From a bacterium (lineage in GTDB: Bacteria; Krumholzibacteriota; Krumholzibacteriia; LZORAL124-64-63), in assembly GCA_024229695.1 (NCBI GenBank), contig JAAESD010000232.1:35809-99808 (forward strand): a DNA stretch of 64,000 bases. The letters are read 5' to 3'. Made by a program: the position numbers and the translations under genes. The notes under the pieces are model-generated. The model was not told where the DNA came from. It searched no databases and saw only the letters and a list, made by a program, of their open reading frames with translations. This document shows, in pieces, positions 9,234-19,563 of this stretch (its first letter is position 1; each line of letters starts with the position of its first letter).

Positions 9234-10556
9234 ATGCTGGCAGTTTTTTTGCGTGCTTTTAAATACAATACTCCTCGATGCTTTTTTATAGTATCAGTGT
9301 TGCTGATTTCTCTATTTCATGCATCTGGAGTTACGGCTGCCCCAGTAGTTGAAAAAGTTAGATTTTACACAGCTCCAGACCACACCAGAGTAGTTCTGGA
9401 TTTATCCAGTGACAGTAAATATAAAGTTACTCGATTTACCAACCCTGAAAGAATTGCGATAGATGTAATTGATGGTTCTTTTTCAAGTGATAAAACTATT
9501 TCGGTAAATGATGGTGTTTTATTCAGAATTAGGAGAAACCCATTAAGTAACAAAGCACAGGTAGTACTTGATTTGACTGGGGAATTGTCTTTCAGAGACT
9601 TTGCTCTTAAGGCAGCTGGAGACAGACCGCATCGAATTGTTGTCGATGTATATTCTGCAGACAAAAAACAAATCACTAAGCCAAAGAAAAATGAAAATAT
9701 TATTACGGTAGTAATTGATCCAGGTCATGGCGGGATTGATCCTGGCTGCATAAAAAACGGAATTAGGGAGAAGGATGTTGTTCTCAAGGTTGCCCACGAA
9801 CTGAAGCGAATAATTGATAAACAGAAAAACATGCAAGCAGTATTGACTCGTGATAAAGATTATTTTTTGAGCCTTTCAAAACGGTATAAAAAAGCTGAGG
9901 CTGTTGGAGGGGATCTGTTCATATCCATTCACGCCAATTCCCATAAGAGCAGATCTTTAAGTGGAACCGAAGTTTTTATTTTGTCGCTTGATAAGGCAAC
10001 TGATGAAGAGGCACACAAGCTGGCTGATTTTGAGAATGCTTCAGATTCTCTGGGATTGCCTCCTGGAAATAAATCAGATGATGATGTGGTGTCAATTCTG
10101 ATGGATATGAAGAAAACACACATGGTAAATACTTCCAGTATTTTTGCCGACGAGATTATGGGAGCAATTCGCAGATCCAATGTGTTGTCTGTCAGGAGAG
10201 TCAAACAGGCGGGGTTTGTTGTATTGCGTTCAACATTGGATATGCCATCAGTTTTGATTGAGACCGGTTTTTTGAGCAACTCTGGAGATAGAGCAATTTT
10301 GTCAACAACCGACGGACAAAAGAAGATTGCACAAGCTTTGAATGACGGCATAAGGAGCTACTTGGGGATTCCTGAAATTAAGCCTGCAAAGGCAGAGTGG
10401 TCGCTTCGTTATAAAGTCAAAAGAGGTGACTCATTATGGAAGCTCGCCAGGCGGCATGGAACCACTGCTAGCAAAATCAAGGAAATCAATAAGTTGAAGT
10501 CTGATAATATCATGATTGGGCAGAGAATAAAATTACCTGCAGAGAGTGGGAAATAA
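9234..10556 (+). CDS. N-acetylmuramoyl-L-alanine amidase (AmiC-like) with an N-terminal AMIN domain and a C-terminal LysM domain
   Basis: The Amidase_3 core is VIDPGHGGIDPGC...ISIHANS...GFLSN. The AMIN-like N-terminus is RFYTAPDHTRVVLDLS. LysM is YKVKRGDSLWKLARRHGTTASKIKEINKL. Confidence 0.85.
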   Translation: MLAVFLRAFKYNTPRCFFIVSVLLISLFHASGVTAAPVVEKVRFYTAPDHTRVVLDLSSDSKYKVTRFTNPERIAIDVIDGSFSSDKTISVNDGVLFRIRRNPLSNKAQVVLDLTGELSFRDFALKAAGDRPHRIVVDVYSADKKQITKPKKNENIITVVIDPGHGGIDPGCIKNGIREKDVVLKVAHELKRIIDKQKNMQAVLTRDKDYFLSLSKRYKKAEAVGGDLFISIHANSHKSRSLSGTEVFILSLDKATDEEAHKLADFENASDSLGLPPGNKSDDDVVSILMDMKKTHMVNTSSIFADEIMGAIRRSNVLSVRRVKQAGFVVLRSTLDMPSVLIETGFLSNSGDRAILSTTDGQKKIAQALNDGIRSYLGIPEIKPAKAEWSLRYKVKRGDSLWKLARRHGTTASKIKEINKLKSDNIMIGQRIKLPAESGK

Positions 10557-11480
10557 ATGAATAAAACGGCTCTGAAAATATTTTGTCTTGTTGTGTCGTT
10601 GTTTATATGGATACAGGTTGCTGCTACGCACAAAACAATTAGAGATATTTCAATTCCATTGGAGCTGACAGGTCTGAATGATGGGTTAACTCTGGCAGGT
10701 TCTCAGTGGCCTGATGTTATCTCAGTGAGAGCTACGGGCAGCAAGCTGGATTTTTTCCTCAACAGGTATTTTGGCAGGAATCTTGGTTTTGCATCAGTTG
10801 ATGTTTCTCATTTAGTGCCGGGTACCAATGTCCAACAGCAAGTATCATTCACAGACATAAATACACCACTCAGCGAGTTGACAATAGTGCCTCCAGTTTG
10901 GTTGAATCTGATCCCTGATACGATAGATTCTGTTGAAGTAAGAGTTGAAGTTGAATTTACCGGATTGCTCAATTCCAACATAATGTTTGTTGATGAGCCG
11001 ACTGTTGAACCAGAGTTCGTGACTTTAGTAGGGCCATCGCGCCTGATGGTTGACGGGCTTTTTGTTCCTACTGAGCCGATTGATCTAGCAAGGTTGAACA
11101 GTTCAGGTCCGATAACTCGGCGGCTGAAAATTCCATTCAAAGAGCTGCAATGCAATGCAGAGGTTGCTGTAATTTCAGTAGAAATTTCAACGTTGGGGCA
11201 GAAGACATTCAACCATATTCCAATTGTTGCGTTGAAAGATGCGAATTACGGGAATGTAATTGTGACTCCTCCTGTTGTTGATATTGTTATTGAGGGTCCA
11301 GTCGATCTGTTGGCCGGGCTTGATCCTGATGAGATTTCAATTCTGATTTCTTTAACTGGGCTTGAACCTGGAACGCATGATTTGCAAGCTCAGGTTCAGT
11401 TGCCAGATAATTTCAGGATGGTAGGCATGGAGCCGGAACAGTTTAATGTGGTGATAGGCGCAAACCAGGCGCAGGAGTGA
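10557..11480 (+). CDS. YbbR-like (CdaR-like) domain protein, membrane-anchored
   Basis: An N-terminal transmembrane segment is followed by repeated YbbR-like segments (VTLVGPSRLMVDGLFVPTEPIDL, VVDIVIEGPVDLLAGLDPDEISILI). The fit is moderate. Confidence 0.5.
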   Translation: MNKTALKIFCLVVSLFIWIQVAATHKTIRDISIPLELTGLNDGLTLAGSQWPDVISVRATGSKLDFFLNRYFGRNLGFASVDVSHLVPGTNVQQQVSFTDINTPLSELTIVPPVWLNLIPDTIDSVEVRVEVEFTGLLNSNIMFVDEPTVEPEFVTLVGPSRLMVDGLFVPTEPIDLARLNSSGPITRRLKIPFKELQCNAEVAVISVEISTLGQKTFNHIPIVALKDANYGNVIVTPPVVDIVIEGPVDLLAGLDPDEISILISLTGLEPGTHDLQAQVQLPDNFRMVGMEPEQFNVVIGANQAQE

Positions 11481-11483
11481 TTG

Positions 11484-12758
11484 ATGAGCATTAAGTATAG
11501 AAAGCCAAAAGGGACTCGGGACCTGATGCTCCTGGAGATGGAGCGCTGGCAGTGGTGTGAAAGTAAATGGCGCGAAGTTCTGGCACGATTCGGGTATGGA
11601 GAAATCAGAACCCCGTCGTTTGAATCTACAAGTCTGTTTACGCGGTCTGTGGGTTCTGGAACTGATATTGTGGACAAGGAAATGTACACGTTTGAATCTA
11701 AAGGCGGGGAGAGCTTTTCCTTGAGGCCGGAAGCGACCGCATCGGTGGTCAGAGCTTATTTGGAAAATGGTTTAACCAGACAACCTGGTACAGTGAAGTT
11801 CTACTATATGGGACCGATGTTTCGTTATGACAGACCACAAGCTGGAAGATACAGGCAATTTCATCAAGTAGGTGTTGAAGCAATTGGCTCTAGCAGCCCG
11901 GTACTTGATGCAGAAGTTGTTCGGTGTGCAACCTCATTATTTGAAGCTGTGGGTGCCGATGATTTGACAGTCCAGGTAAATAGTATTGGCTGTGAAAATT
12001 GCAGGCCATCATATGTAGATGATTTAAGAAGCTGGGCGCAAGGTAAAAAAGATGAATTCTGTGATACTTGTGTTTCCAGAGTCGAATCGAACCCATTACG
12101 ATTGTTTGACTGTAAAAATGAAGGGTGCCAAAAATTATTGGCCGATTTCAAACCAATAAGTGAAGCTTTGTGTGATGACTGTAAAGACCACCATACACAA
12201 TTTTGTGACACACTGGATGCTCTTTCCGTGAGATATGAGAATGATGACTCGTTAGTTCGAGGACTCGACTATTATACAAGGACCACGTTTGAAATTTCTG
12301 CAGGATCCGGGTTGCGCCAAAGTGCTTTGTGCGGAGGTGGAAGATATGATTATCTTATTGGGCAATGTGGTGGCCCAACAACACCGGCTGTAGGATTTTC
12401 TGCCGGGGTTGAGCGGATTGTACGCCACTTGTATAATCAGGAATATGATCACCAGCGAAGCAGGCAGTCTATTGTAGATGTTTTTGTGGTTTGCATGAAC
12501 AGACAGGCACAGCAATTTGCCTTACAGCATGCAGACAAGCTTCGATCTGTTTGCAGGGTTGAAATCGATACAACGGACAGAGGTGTCAAAGCGCAGATGA
12601 AGGCAGCAGTTTCTCGAGAATCATCGGTAGTGTTAATTGTTGGTGATGATGAGATTAACAATAATCAGTTTCAGATGAAGAACATGGAAACAGGACAACA
12701 ATTGCCAGTTAGCAATGAAGATCTTATTGCAGCTGTGCAGGAGGTACTCGCAAAGTGA
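11484..12758 (+). CDS. hisS: Histidine--tRNA ligase
   Basis: Class II HisRS motifs KGTRD, FSLRPEATASVVRAY and FRYDRPQAGRYRQFHQ are present. The SD sequence aggag lies before the ATG at 11484. Confidence 0.9.
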   Translation: MSIKYRKPKGTRDLMLLEMERWQWCESKWREVLARFGYGEIRTPSFESTSLFTRSVGSGTDIVDKEMYTFESKGGESFSLRPEATASVVRAYLENGLTRQPGTVKFYYMGPMFRYDRPQAGRYRQFHQVGVEAIGSSSPVLDAEVVRCATSLFEAVGADDLTVQVNSIGCENCRPSYVDDLRSWAQGKKDEFCDTCVSRVESNPLRLFDCKNEGCQKLLADFKPISEALCDDCKDHHTQFCDTLDALSVRYENDDSLVRGLDYYTRTTFEISAGSGLRQSALCGGGRYDYLIGQCGGPTTPAVGFSAGVERIVRHLYNQEYDHQRSRQSIVDVFVVCMNRQAQQFALQHADKLRSVCRVEIDTTDRGVKAQMKAAVSRESSVVLIVGDDEINNNQFQMKNMETGQQLPVSNEDLIAAVQEVLAK

Positions 12759-14527
12759 AAAGCAATAAATACAGGACACATAGATGTGGCCAGGTCAATC
12801 TTGAATCAAAAGGCCAGGAAGTAGCACTTTCAGGTTGGGCTGCAAAAATAAGGGATATGGGTGGCGTCACTTTTATCGATTTGCGTGACCGTTATGGTGT
12901 TGTTCAGGTAATTTTTGAGTCAGATGAATTGGCGTTAGCTTCTGGAAAAGTTAAGCTGGAATCTGTGATTTCAATTAATGGAACAGTTCGGCCAAGACCA
13001 GATGGTATGGTTAATAAAGACATGCCAACTGGAGAAGTTGAAGTTGTTGCATCGTCGCTGGAAATTTTGAATGGCAGCAAACCATTGCCATTCCAGTTGG
13101 ATAAAGCTGGAGATACAAGTGATGAGCTGAGACTTAAGCATCGATATATTGATTTACGACACCCACGCATGGCAAACAACATGGTAATCAGGCACAAAGT
13201 AACGGCCGCTGTGAGAAACTTTTTATCGGAAAGGGATTTTCTTGAAATTGAAACTCCACTGCTGATTAAAACTACTCCTGAAGGTGCCAGGGATTATGTA
13301 GTTCCCAGTCGTGTTCATCCAGGTAGCTTTTATGCTTTACCTCAATCACCTCAGTTGTATAAACAAATTCTGATGGTGTCGGGGATGGACAGATATTATC
13401 AGTTGCCTCGGTGTTTGCGTGATGAAGATTTGCGTAAAGACAGACAGCCAGAGCATACTCAGATTGATATTGAAATGAGTTTTATAACTGAAGAGGATAT
13501 CTATACTCTGGTTGAGGGTATGGTTGGCGATTTGTTCAAGAAGTCGATAGGTGTTGAGTTGCCTGCTCAATTTCCGAGAATGAATTATGTTGAGGCAATT
13601 GAAAAGTATGGCTCGGATAAACCAGACTTAAGATTTGGTTGTGAAATACAGAATATTGAAGATTTGGTGTCAGACTGTGGCTTTGGCGTTTTTGAGAATG
13701 CTGTTAGCTCTGGCGGGACTGTCCGCTGCCTTTTGGCCAGTGGTTTGTCTGGCTATAGCCGAAAGCAAATTTCTGAACTTGAAGATGAGGCTAAAAAACG
13801 AGGCGCTGGTGGATTGGCATTCGTCAAGATTGGAGCCGATGGCCCTGAAGCTGGAATCAGTAAATTCTTCAATGATGAATTCAAAGCTGGTTTGATTGAA
13901 AGAACCGGGTGCGTTGAAGGTGATTTGATTTTGTTCGGTGCTGGAAATGCAGCGGCAGTTTTTGAGCCACTGGGAGCAGTTCGTTTAGCTTTGGCTGAGC
14001 AGGAAAATTGGATTGATAAAAGTCAGTGGGCATTTACCTGGGTTTGCAGCTTCCCAATGTTTGAGAAAAAAGATGATGCTGAACATTGGACAGCTTGTCA
14101 TCATATGTTCACAATGCCAGACGATGAAACTGTCGGCAAGTTGGAAACTGATCCAGGTGCTACGTATGGTCAACTGTATGATCTTGTGTGCAATGGTGTT
14201 GAACTTGGTTCTGGTAGTATCAGAATCCATCGACGTGATATTCAGGAAAAAGTGTTTGAATTGGTTGGAATGGATAAAGAAGAATACGATTCCAAGTTTG
14301 GCTTCTTCCTTGATGCACTTGAATACGGAGCGCCTCCTCATGGGGGAGTTGCACTAGGTCTTGATAGGCTGGTTATGCTATTAACTGATAGCAGTTCACT
14401 TCGTGATGTTATCGCTTTCCCTAAAACTCATATGGCCTCATCGCCACTGGATAATTCTCCCGGTGGAATCAGTGCAGCGCAGCTTGAGGAATTGGGATTG
14501 GAAATTGTTGAAAGAGAGTCTGAATGA
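12755..14527 (+). CDS. aspS: Aspartate--tRNA ligase
   Basis: An N-terminal OB fold (RTHRCGQV...GWAAKIRDMGGVTFIDLRDRYG) is followed by a class II core (FYALPQSPQLYKQ..., GGVALGLDRLVMLL). The GTG start overlaps the hisS stop. Confidence 0.9.
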   Translation: MKSNKYRTHRCGQVNLESKGQEVALSGWAAKIRDMGGVTFIDLRDRYGVVQVIFESDELALASGKVKLESVISINGTVRPRPDGMVNKDMPTGEVEVVASSLEILNGSKPLPFQLDKAGDTSDELRLKHRYIDLRHPRMANNMVIRHKVTAAVRNFLSERDFLEIETPLLIKTTPEGARDYVVPSRVHPGSFYALPQSPQLYKQILMVSGMDRYYQLPRCLRDEDLRKDRQPEHTQIDIEMSFITEEDIYTLVEGMVGDLFKKSIGVELPAQFPRMNYVEAIEKYGSDKPDLRFGCEIQNIEDLVSDCGFGVFENAVSSGGTVRCLLASGLSGYSRKQISELEDEAKKRGAGGLAFVKIGADGPEAGISKFFNDEFKAGLIERTGCVEGDLILFGAGNAAAVFEPLGAVRLALAEQENWIDKSQWAFTWVCSFPMFEKKDDAEHWTACHHMFTMPDDETVGKLETDPGATYGQLYDLVCNGVELGSGSIRIHRRDIQEKVFELVGMDKEEYDSKFGFFLDALEYGAPPHGGVALGLDRLVMLLTDSSSLRDVIAFPKTHMASSPLDNSPGGISAAQLEELGLEIVERESE

Positions 14528-15531
14528 TCAGTCGTGAGGACAGGATACAAACAGCTGACCCAGGTGAGGTGATTGTATCTCTTGCCGGACTGGACCAATC
14601 GACATTTCTGGGCTGGAATGATTCTAATTTGAAGCTGTTGGAGAAGCGGTTTCAAGGCTCTTTGACTGTCCGTGGTGAATTAATGATGCTGCGCGGCAAG
14701 GGGCAGGATGCTACTGAATTCAGTGAAGTAGTTCTGGACTTGGTGGATATGCTGGAGCAGGGATTAACTGTTGATGAAGTTGCGGTAAATTATGTTCTGG
14801 GCAAAAGGCTGGATGAGAAAGAAGAAACAAATTCTGTTGATCCGATGTGTGATGTCCTCTTTCATACAACAGGAAGCAGGAAAGAAGTCAGGGCAAAGAC
14901 AAAAGGCCAAAGAGAGTATATCGAATCTATCCGCAATAATGATGTAGTTTTTGCTGTGGGTCCTGCTGGTACTGGAAAGACCTATCTTGCAGTGGTCATG
15001 GCAGTGGACTATCTGACAAAAAAACTTGTCGACAGGATTATTCTGGTGCGGCCGGCAGTTGAAGCTGGCGAGCAGCTTGGATTTTTGCCTGGCGATCTTC
15101 AGGATAAAATCGATCCATACTTAAGGCCGTTGTATGATGCTCTTGCCGATACTGTAGGCCTGAGTAGAATACAGCAATACATGAGTAGTGGTGTGATTGA
15201 AGCTGCTCCGTTGGCATTTATGCGTGGTAGAACTTTGAACAATGCTTTTGTGATTCTGGATGAGGCTCAAAATACAACAATCGGGCAGATGAAAATGTTT
15301 TTAACACGTCTTGGGCATCAATCCAAGGCTGTGATTACAGGTGACATTACTCAAGTTGACCTTAACGAGAAAGAAAACTCTGGGCTGATTCTGGTTCAGG
15401 ATGTTTTGGCAGAGACTGAAGGGGTCGATTTTGTGGAATTGTTCCAGGATGATGTTGTTAGGCATCCGCTAGTGCGCAAAATTGTCGACGCTTTCAGCAA
15501 AGCGGAGAAATCCAACTCAATTAAGGAGTAG
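14524..15531 (+). CDS. phoH: PhoH-like ATPase
   Basis: A Walker A motif (GPAGTGKTYLAV) and the PhoH motif ILVRPAVEAGEQLGFLPGDL are present. The gene overlaps the aspS stop in an ATGA arrangement. Confidence 0.9.
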   Translation: MISREDRIQTADPGEVIVSLAGLDQSTFLGWNDSNLKLLEKRFQGSLTVRGELMMLRGKGQDATEFSEVVLDLVDMLEQGLTVDEVAVNYVLGKRLDEKEETNSVDPMCDVLFHTTGSRKEVRAKTKGQREYIESIRNNDVVFAVGPAGTGKTYLAVVMAVDYLTKKLVDRIILVRPAVEAGEQLGFLPGDLQDKIDPYLRPLYDALADTVGLSRIQQYMSSGVIEAAPLAFMRGRTLNNAFVILDEAQNTTIGQMKMFLTRLGHQSKAVITGDITQVDLNEKENSGLILVQDVLAETEGVDFVELFQDDVVRHPLVRKIVDAFSKAEKSNSIKE

Positions 15532-17742
15532 TTGATGGACTTCAGGGCATTTATAAATCGTCCTTTTAGTAGGAAGTCTTCAGCCAATGACTCTAACAAT
15601 ATCCCGGTGTGGATTTTTAGTGTGATCGCTGGCGTTTTAATTACAGTTTTGCACTTAATGATAATCCCTGTTACTCCCGGGCTGGATATAACTTTTCCAA
15701 GCGAAGGAGAAATTTCTGATAAAGAGTATCGAGCTCCTTTTGATTTTTCTGTTTCCCTGCCACAACAAGATATCGAGCTAAGGCAATTTCAAAGAGTATT
15801 GGTTGAACCACCAGTTGTAGATAATAATCAGATTGAAGTAGATAAGAGATTGTCAAAGTTTGAGAACTGGTCGGAACAGTTTCTTACTCATCTATCAATA
15901 CCTTCTTCAAGATCAGACAAAATCGGTTTGTTAGTTTTGCAGTTTCCAGAAATAACTGAGGCCGATCTGGAGTATGTTTTCAACCTGGAAGACCCTGAAG
16001 AATTTACTGTTGCTGCTGAAAATACAATGGAGCAGCTATACAGTCAGGGTGTGGTGAATGAGTTGCCTGTCGGTAATTACCGAGAAGTAATAATTCTAAA
16101 TTCCGGTCAGGAAAAAACAGTCCTTGTGAGTGAGCTGATTCCGCATTTTGCCATGATCGATTCTCTGGAATCATTGCTTTATACGCAATTACACAATCGT
16201 GATACTGCAAAATGGGGTGCACAGTTTTTAGATTATTTTGTAGAGCCCAATTTACAATACAATTCAATCGAGACTCGTAAGAGGCAGCAAAATGCTCGGG
16301 AATCAGTTTCGGTGACACATGATTTTATAAAGGGCGAAAGAGTTATTGGTAGAGGCGACAGGGTAACTATATCAGAAGCAGCTTTCCTGGAAGGTTTGAA
16401 GTCAAAAATGGAAGCCGCTGGCATGCTTTCCAGTGATGAGGACAGGTCAGTTCTTCCAAAGCAGGTTTCCAGAGTTTTAACGATTGCCCTTATTTTACTG
16501 ATGTTCGGTTGGGTAGCATCGCAATATTTCAAAGAAATTATATTAAATCTCAGACAACTGATTGCTGTTACCTTGCTACTCGGGTTATTTGTCTTTCTGG
16601 CAGTCTTCTGTATGGGGCAAGTCTCTTTAGGTATCTTTGCTTTGCCGATTCCGCTACTTACTGTCCTGTTGACAGCTCTATTCAGGGATAAGGTAGGCTA
16701 TGCCGTAAGTATTCTTCTTGTCGGGTTATTGGCACCAATCTCCGGTGTTGAAACTCAGCACCTGATGTACTGGCTGTTGATTGGTGTATTTTCTGTATCG
16801 ATGGTTCGCAGAATCAGAACCCGCGACAGATACTACAAAACAATAGCGGCTTTGGTAGCTCTGAATCTGTTTTTGATTACTCTGGCAAGACTTTCCTCGG
16901 GGTCGATAGATGGCTTATGGCACTTGTATCTGGTAGGTGTTGCAACTCCAGTTGCATCAATTGCAATAGCACTATTTTTGTTACCATTAGTTGAGCCGGC
17001 AATCGGTGTAAGTAGCGATTTGACTTTATTGGAATTGTCTGATCTTAACCATCCTTTGCTGAAACAAATGGCTCTTGAGGCACAGGGAACATTCCATCAT
17101 AGTCAGGTTGTGGCTCAACTTGGAGAGCAGGCAGCCAGAGCTATCGGCGCAAACTCGATTTTAGTTAGAGTTGGAGCCCTGTTTCACGATATCGGAAAGT
17201 TGAAGAAACCTGAGTATTTCATTGAAAATCAGGGTGGTGGTCCTAATAAACATGATGAGCTGTCGCCTAATATGAGTGCATTGATTGTTTCTGCTCATGT
17301 TAAAGATGGAGTTGAAATGGCCAAAAAGTGGCGATTGCCACAGATAGTTATCGATTTCATTCCAGAGCACCACGGCACAGGAATTATGAAGGTTTTTTAC
17401 CACAAGGCTATGGAAGCAGATCAGAGCAAGACGATTAATGTTTCGAGTTTTCGTTACCCCGGGCCAAAGCCCCAGAGCAGAGAAACTGCTATACTTATGC
17501 TTGCCGATGCTATTGAAGCAGCAACCAGATCTCTTGCCAAGCCAACACCTGGAAGAATAAGGGAAGTTACAAAGACAATAGCCGATGCCAGGATGCTTGA
17601 TGGTGAGCTGGATGAATGCCAATTGACAATTTCAGATCTTGCGAAAATCAGAGCTGCCTTTATTCCGCTGTTAGCGGGTATTCATCATGCCAGGATTGCT
17701 TATCCCGGGCAGAATAAAGAACAGAAGAGTAGTGATTCCTGA
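15532..17742 (+). CDS. 7TM receptor with an intracellular HD hydrolase domain (YqfF/PgpH-like, a putative cyclic-di-AMP phosphodiesterase)
   Basis: Multiple transmembrane helices precede the HD domain (ALFHDIGKLKKPEYFIENQ ... LADAIEAATRS). The gene sits between phoH and ybeY, as in the Bacillus yqfE-yqfF-yqfG arrangement. Confidence 0.8.
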   Translation: MMDFRAFINRPFSRKSSANDSNNIPVWIFSVIAGVLITVLHLMIIPVTPGLDITFPSEGEISDKEYRAPFDFSVSLPQQDIELRQFQRVLVEPPVVDNNQIEVDKRLSKFENWSEQFLTHLSIPSSRSDKIGLLVLQFPEITEADLEYVFNLEDPEEFTVAAENTMEQLYSQGVVNELPVGNYREVIILNSGQEKTVLVSELIPHFAMIDSLESLLYTQLHNRDTAKWGAQFLDYFVEPNLQYNSIETRKRQQNARESVSVTHDFIKGERVIGRGDRVTISEAAFLEGLKSKMEAAGMLSSDEDRSVLPKQVSRVLTIALILLMFGWVASQYFKEIILNLRQLIAVTLLLGLFVFLAVFCMGQVSLGIFALPIPLLTVLLTALFRDKVGYAVSILLVGLLAPISGVETQHLMYWLLIGVFSVSMVRRIRTRDRYYKTIAALVALNLFLITLARLSSGSIDGLWHLYLVGVATPVASIAIALFLLPLVEPAIGVSSDLTLLELSDLNHPLLKQMALEAQGTFHHSQVVAQLGEQAARAIGANSILVRVGALFHDIGKLKKPEYFIENQGGGPNKHDELSPNMSALIVSAHVKDGVEMAKKWRLPQIVIDFIPEHHGTGIMKVFYHKAMEADQSKTINVSSFRYPGPKPQSRETAILMLADAIEAATRSLAKPTPGRIREVTKTIADARMLDGELDECQLTISDLAKIRAAFIPLLAGIHHARIAYPGQNKEQKSSDS

Positions 17743-18248
17743 TGCAACTGGTAGTCAATAATCGTACTGAAACTGCATCATCCTGGTTTGATAACGGTTT
17801 TATTGATGAGATTCAGAAACTTGTTGCACCGATAGGGCTGGATGTCTGGTCTGCTGGTCTGATAATTGTGGGTGATGAAGAAATTCAGACAATTAACCGT
17901 CAATTCAGAAGTAAAGATTATGTGACAGATGTTCTCTCTTTTTCCCATCTGGTTTTGTGTGATATTGATATCGCTACAATTAAAAAGGGTAAAGGTTATG
18001 CAGCAGATAATTTGTTCCTGGACCAGATGGAGACTCAAATTGGTGAGATAATTATTGCACCTGAGTTCGTGTCTTGCAGGTGCAAAGAGAATGATTGGAA
18101 CATCTCTGATGAATTAGCAATGCTTGTTGTTCACGGAGCTTTGCATTTAATGGGATGGGATCATGAAGAAGAATCTCAAAAAGAGAAAATGCGGCAACTG
18201 GAATCAGAGCTTTTAGCTTTAACTGACCGAAGCCACCCACTGGCTTGA
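17742..18248 (+). CDS. ybeY: Endoribonuclease YbeY (rRNA maturation factor)
   Basis: The zinc motif HGALHLMGWDHEEE is present. Confidence 0.9.
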   Translation: MQLVVNNRTETASSWFDNGFIDEIQKLVAPIGLDVWSAGLIIVGDEEIQTINRQFRSKDYVTDVLSFSHLVLCDIDIATIKKGKGYAADNLFLDQMETQIGEIIIAPEFVSCRCKENDWNISDELAMLVVHGALHLMGWDHEEESQKEKMRQLESELLALTDRSHPLA

Positions 18249-18267
18249 CTTTAGGAGATGACAGTAA

Positions 18268-19563
18268 ATGAGTTATGGCATACTGGTAGCCATTTTTGCT
18301 TTTTGTATTGCGATGCTGACAGCTGGTCTTCAAGCTGCACTTTATCGTATTGGTGGGTTGCATCGAAATGGGCTTCTGGAAGAAGATCAACTAAACAGTT
18401 CTCTGTTATCCACCACTGAAAATCCCAGGCATTTTATTTTAGCTACAGGTACAATTCATCTCATGGCTTTGAGCTTGATGTCCGTCGCTCTTGTTATGGT
18501 GGGATTACTGCTATGGCCAGAATTGCCGATCTGGCAACTTCTTGTTTACGGAGTAATTGTTGTATCTGTTATTGGAAGTGTTGGGAACGTTTTAGTTAAA
18601 ATGTTTGCCTCAAGATCTGCTGTCGCATATGCAAATGCCTCAGTAAGGATACTCTTCCCGTTCATGATAATATTGAAGCCGTGGACATCCTTGTTACTGA
18701 AAATAACAGGGCCCGATGAAGAAGATTTGTGGGCAGTGGATGCAATGGCACACTTGTCTTCTGGTGAAATCAGGAGCTTGCTAGGTGAGCAGGATAGTGG
18801 CGTAGATCTAGAGGATGAAGAAAAGGAAATGATTCAAAGTATTTTTTCTTTTCATGAAACGACAGTTAAAGAGATAATGATTCCCAGAATCGATGTTATC
18901 GCTCTGAATTCTGAACTTCCCGCAGCTGATGCAATTAAAATTGTAGTTTCTTGCAGACACTCAAGGGTTCCAGTATTTGATGGTAGTATTGACAAGGTAG
19001 TTGGGCTGCTATATTCAAAAGACCTTTTGGCCCTTGTTGAGAATAATAAGTTATCTGTAGATGATACAACCATTTCTGGATTGGTCAGACCAGCATGCTT
19101 TATACCTGAGAGCAAAAAACTTGACGAAGTATTGGAAGAATTCAGAAGCAGTCGTATACATATGGCTGTTGTCGTCGATGAATATGGTGGAACAGCTGGG
19201 CTTGTAACTCTTGAAGATGTTTTAGAGGAAATTGTTGGTGAAATTGAAGATGAATTCGATGAGCAGGAAACGCTCTATGAGTGGTTGGATGAATATTCAA
19301 TGAGGGTTGACCCCAAAATCGATTTGGAAGATTTACGGGATTTGCTGGGTGTCAACTTGCCTGTTGATGGTAGCGAAACACTTGCTGGTCTTGTTTATGA
19401 AGCTGGTGGGAAAGTACCTGAGGTCAAGGACCAGGTCACAATTGCAGAATTGGAAGTTCTAGTGGAAAAAGTTGAGGATCAAAGGATATTACAGGTTAAA
19501 TTGATAGCTTCCAATCCACTACCTGGGTTTAGTCAGCACCAACAGGAGGATGATAATGGCTGA
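18268..19563 (+). CDS. CNNM/CorC/TlyC-family transporter with DUF21 transmembrane, CBS-pair and CorC_HlyC domains
   Basis: An N-terminal transmembrane domain is followed by a CBS pair (IMIPRIDVIALNSE..., RIHMAVVVDEYGGTAGLVTLEDVLEEIVGEIEDE) and then a CorC C-terminal domain. Confidence 0.85.
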   Translation: MSYGILVAIFAFCIAMLTAGLQAALYRIGGLHRNGLLEEDQLNSSLLSTTENPRHFILATGTIHLMALSLMSVALVMVGLLLWPELPIWQLLVYGVIVVSVIGSVGNVLVKMFASRSAVAYANASVRILFPFMIILKPWTSLLLKITGPDEEDLWAVDAMAHLSSGEIRSLLGEQDSGVDLEDEEKEMIQSIFSFHETTVKEIMIPRIDVIALNSELPAADAIKIVVSCRHSRVPVFDGSIDKVVGLLYSKDLLALVENNKLSVDDTTISGLVRPACFIPESKKLDEVLEEFRSSRIHMAVVVDEYGGTAGLVTLEDVLEEIVGEIEDEFDEQETLYEWLDEYSMRVDPKIDLEDLRDLLGVNLPVDGSETLAGLVYEAGGKVPEVKDQVTIAELEVLVEKVEDQRILQVKLIASNPLPGFSQHQQEDDNG

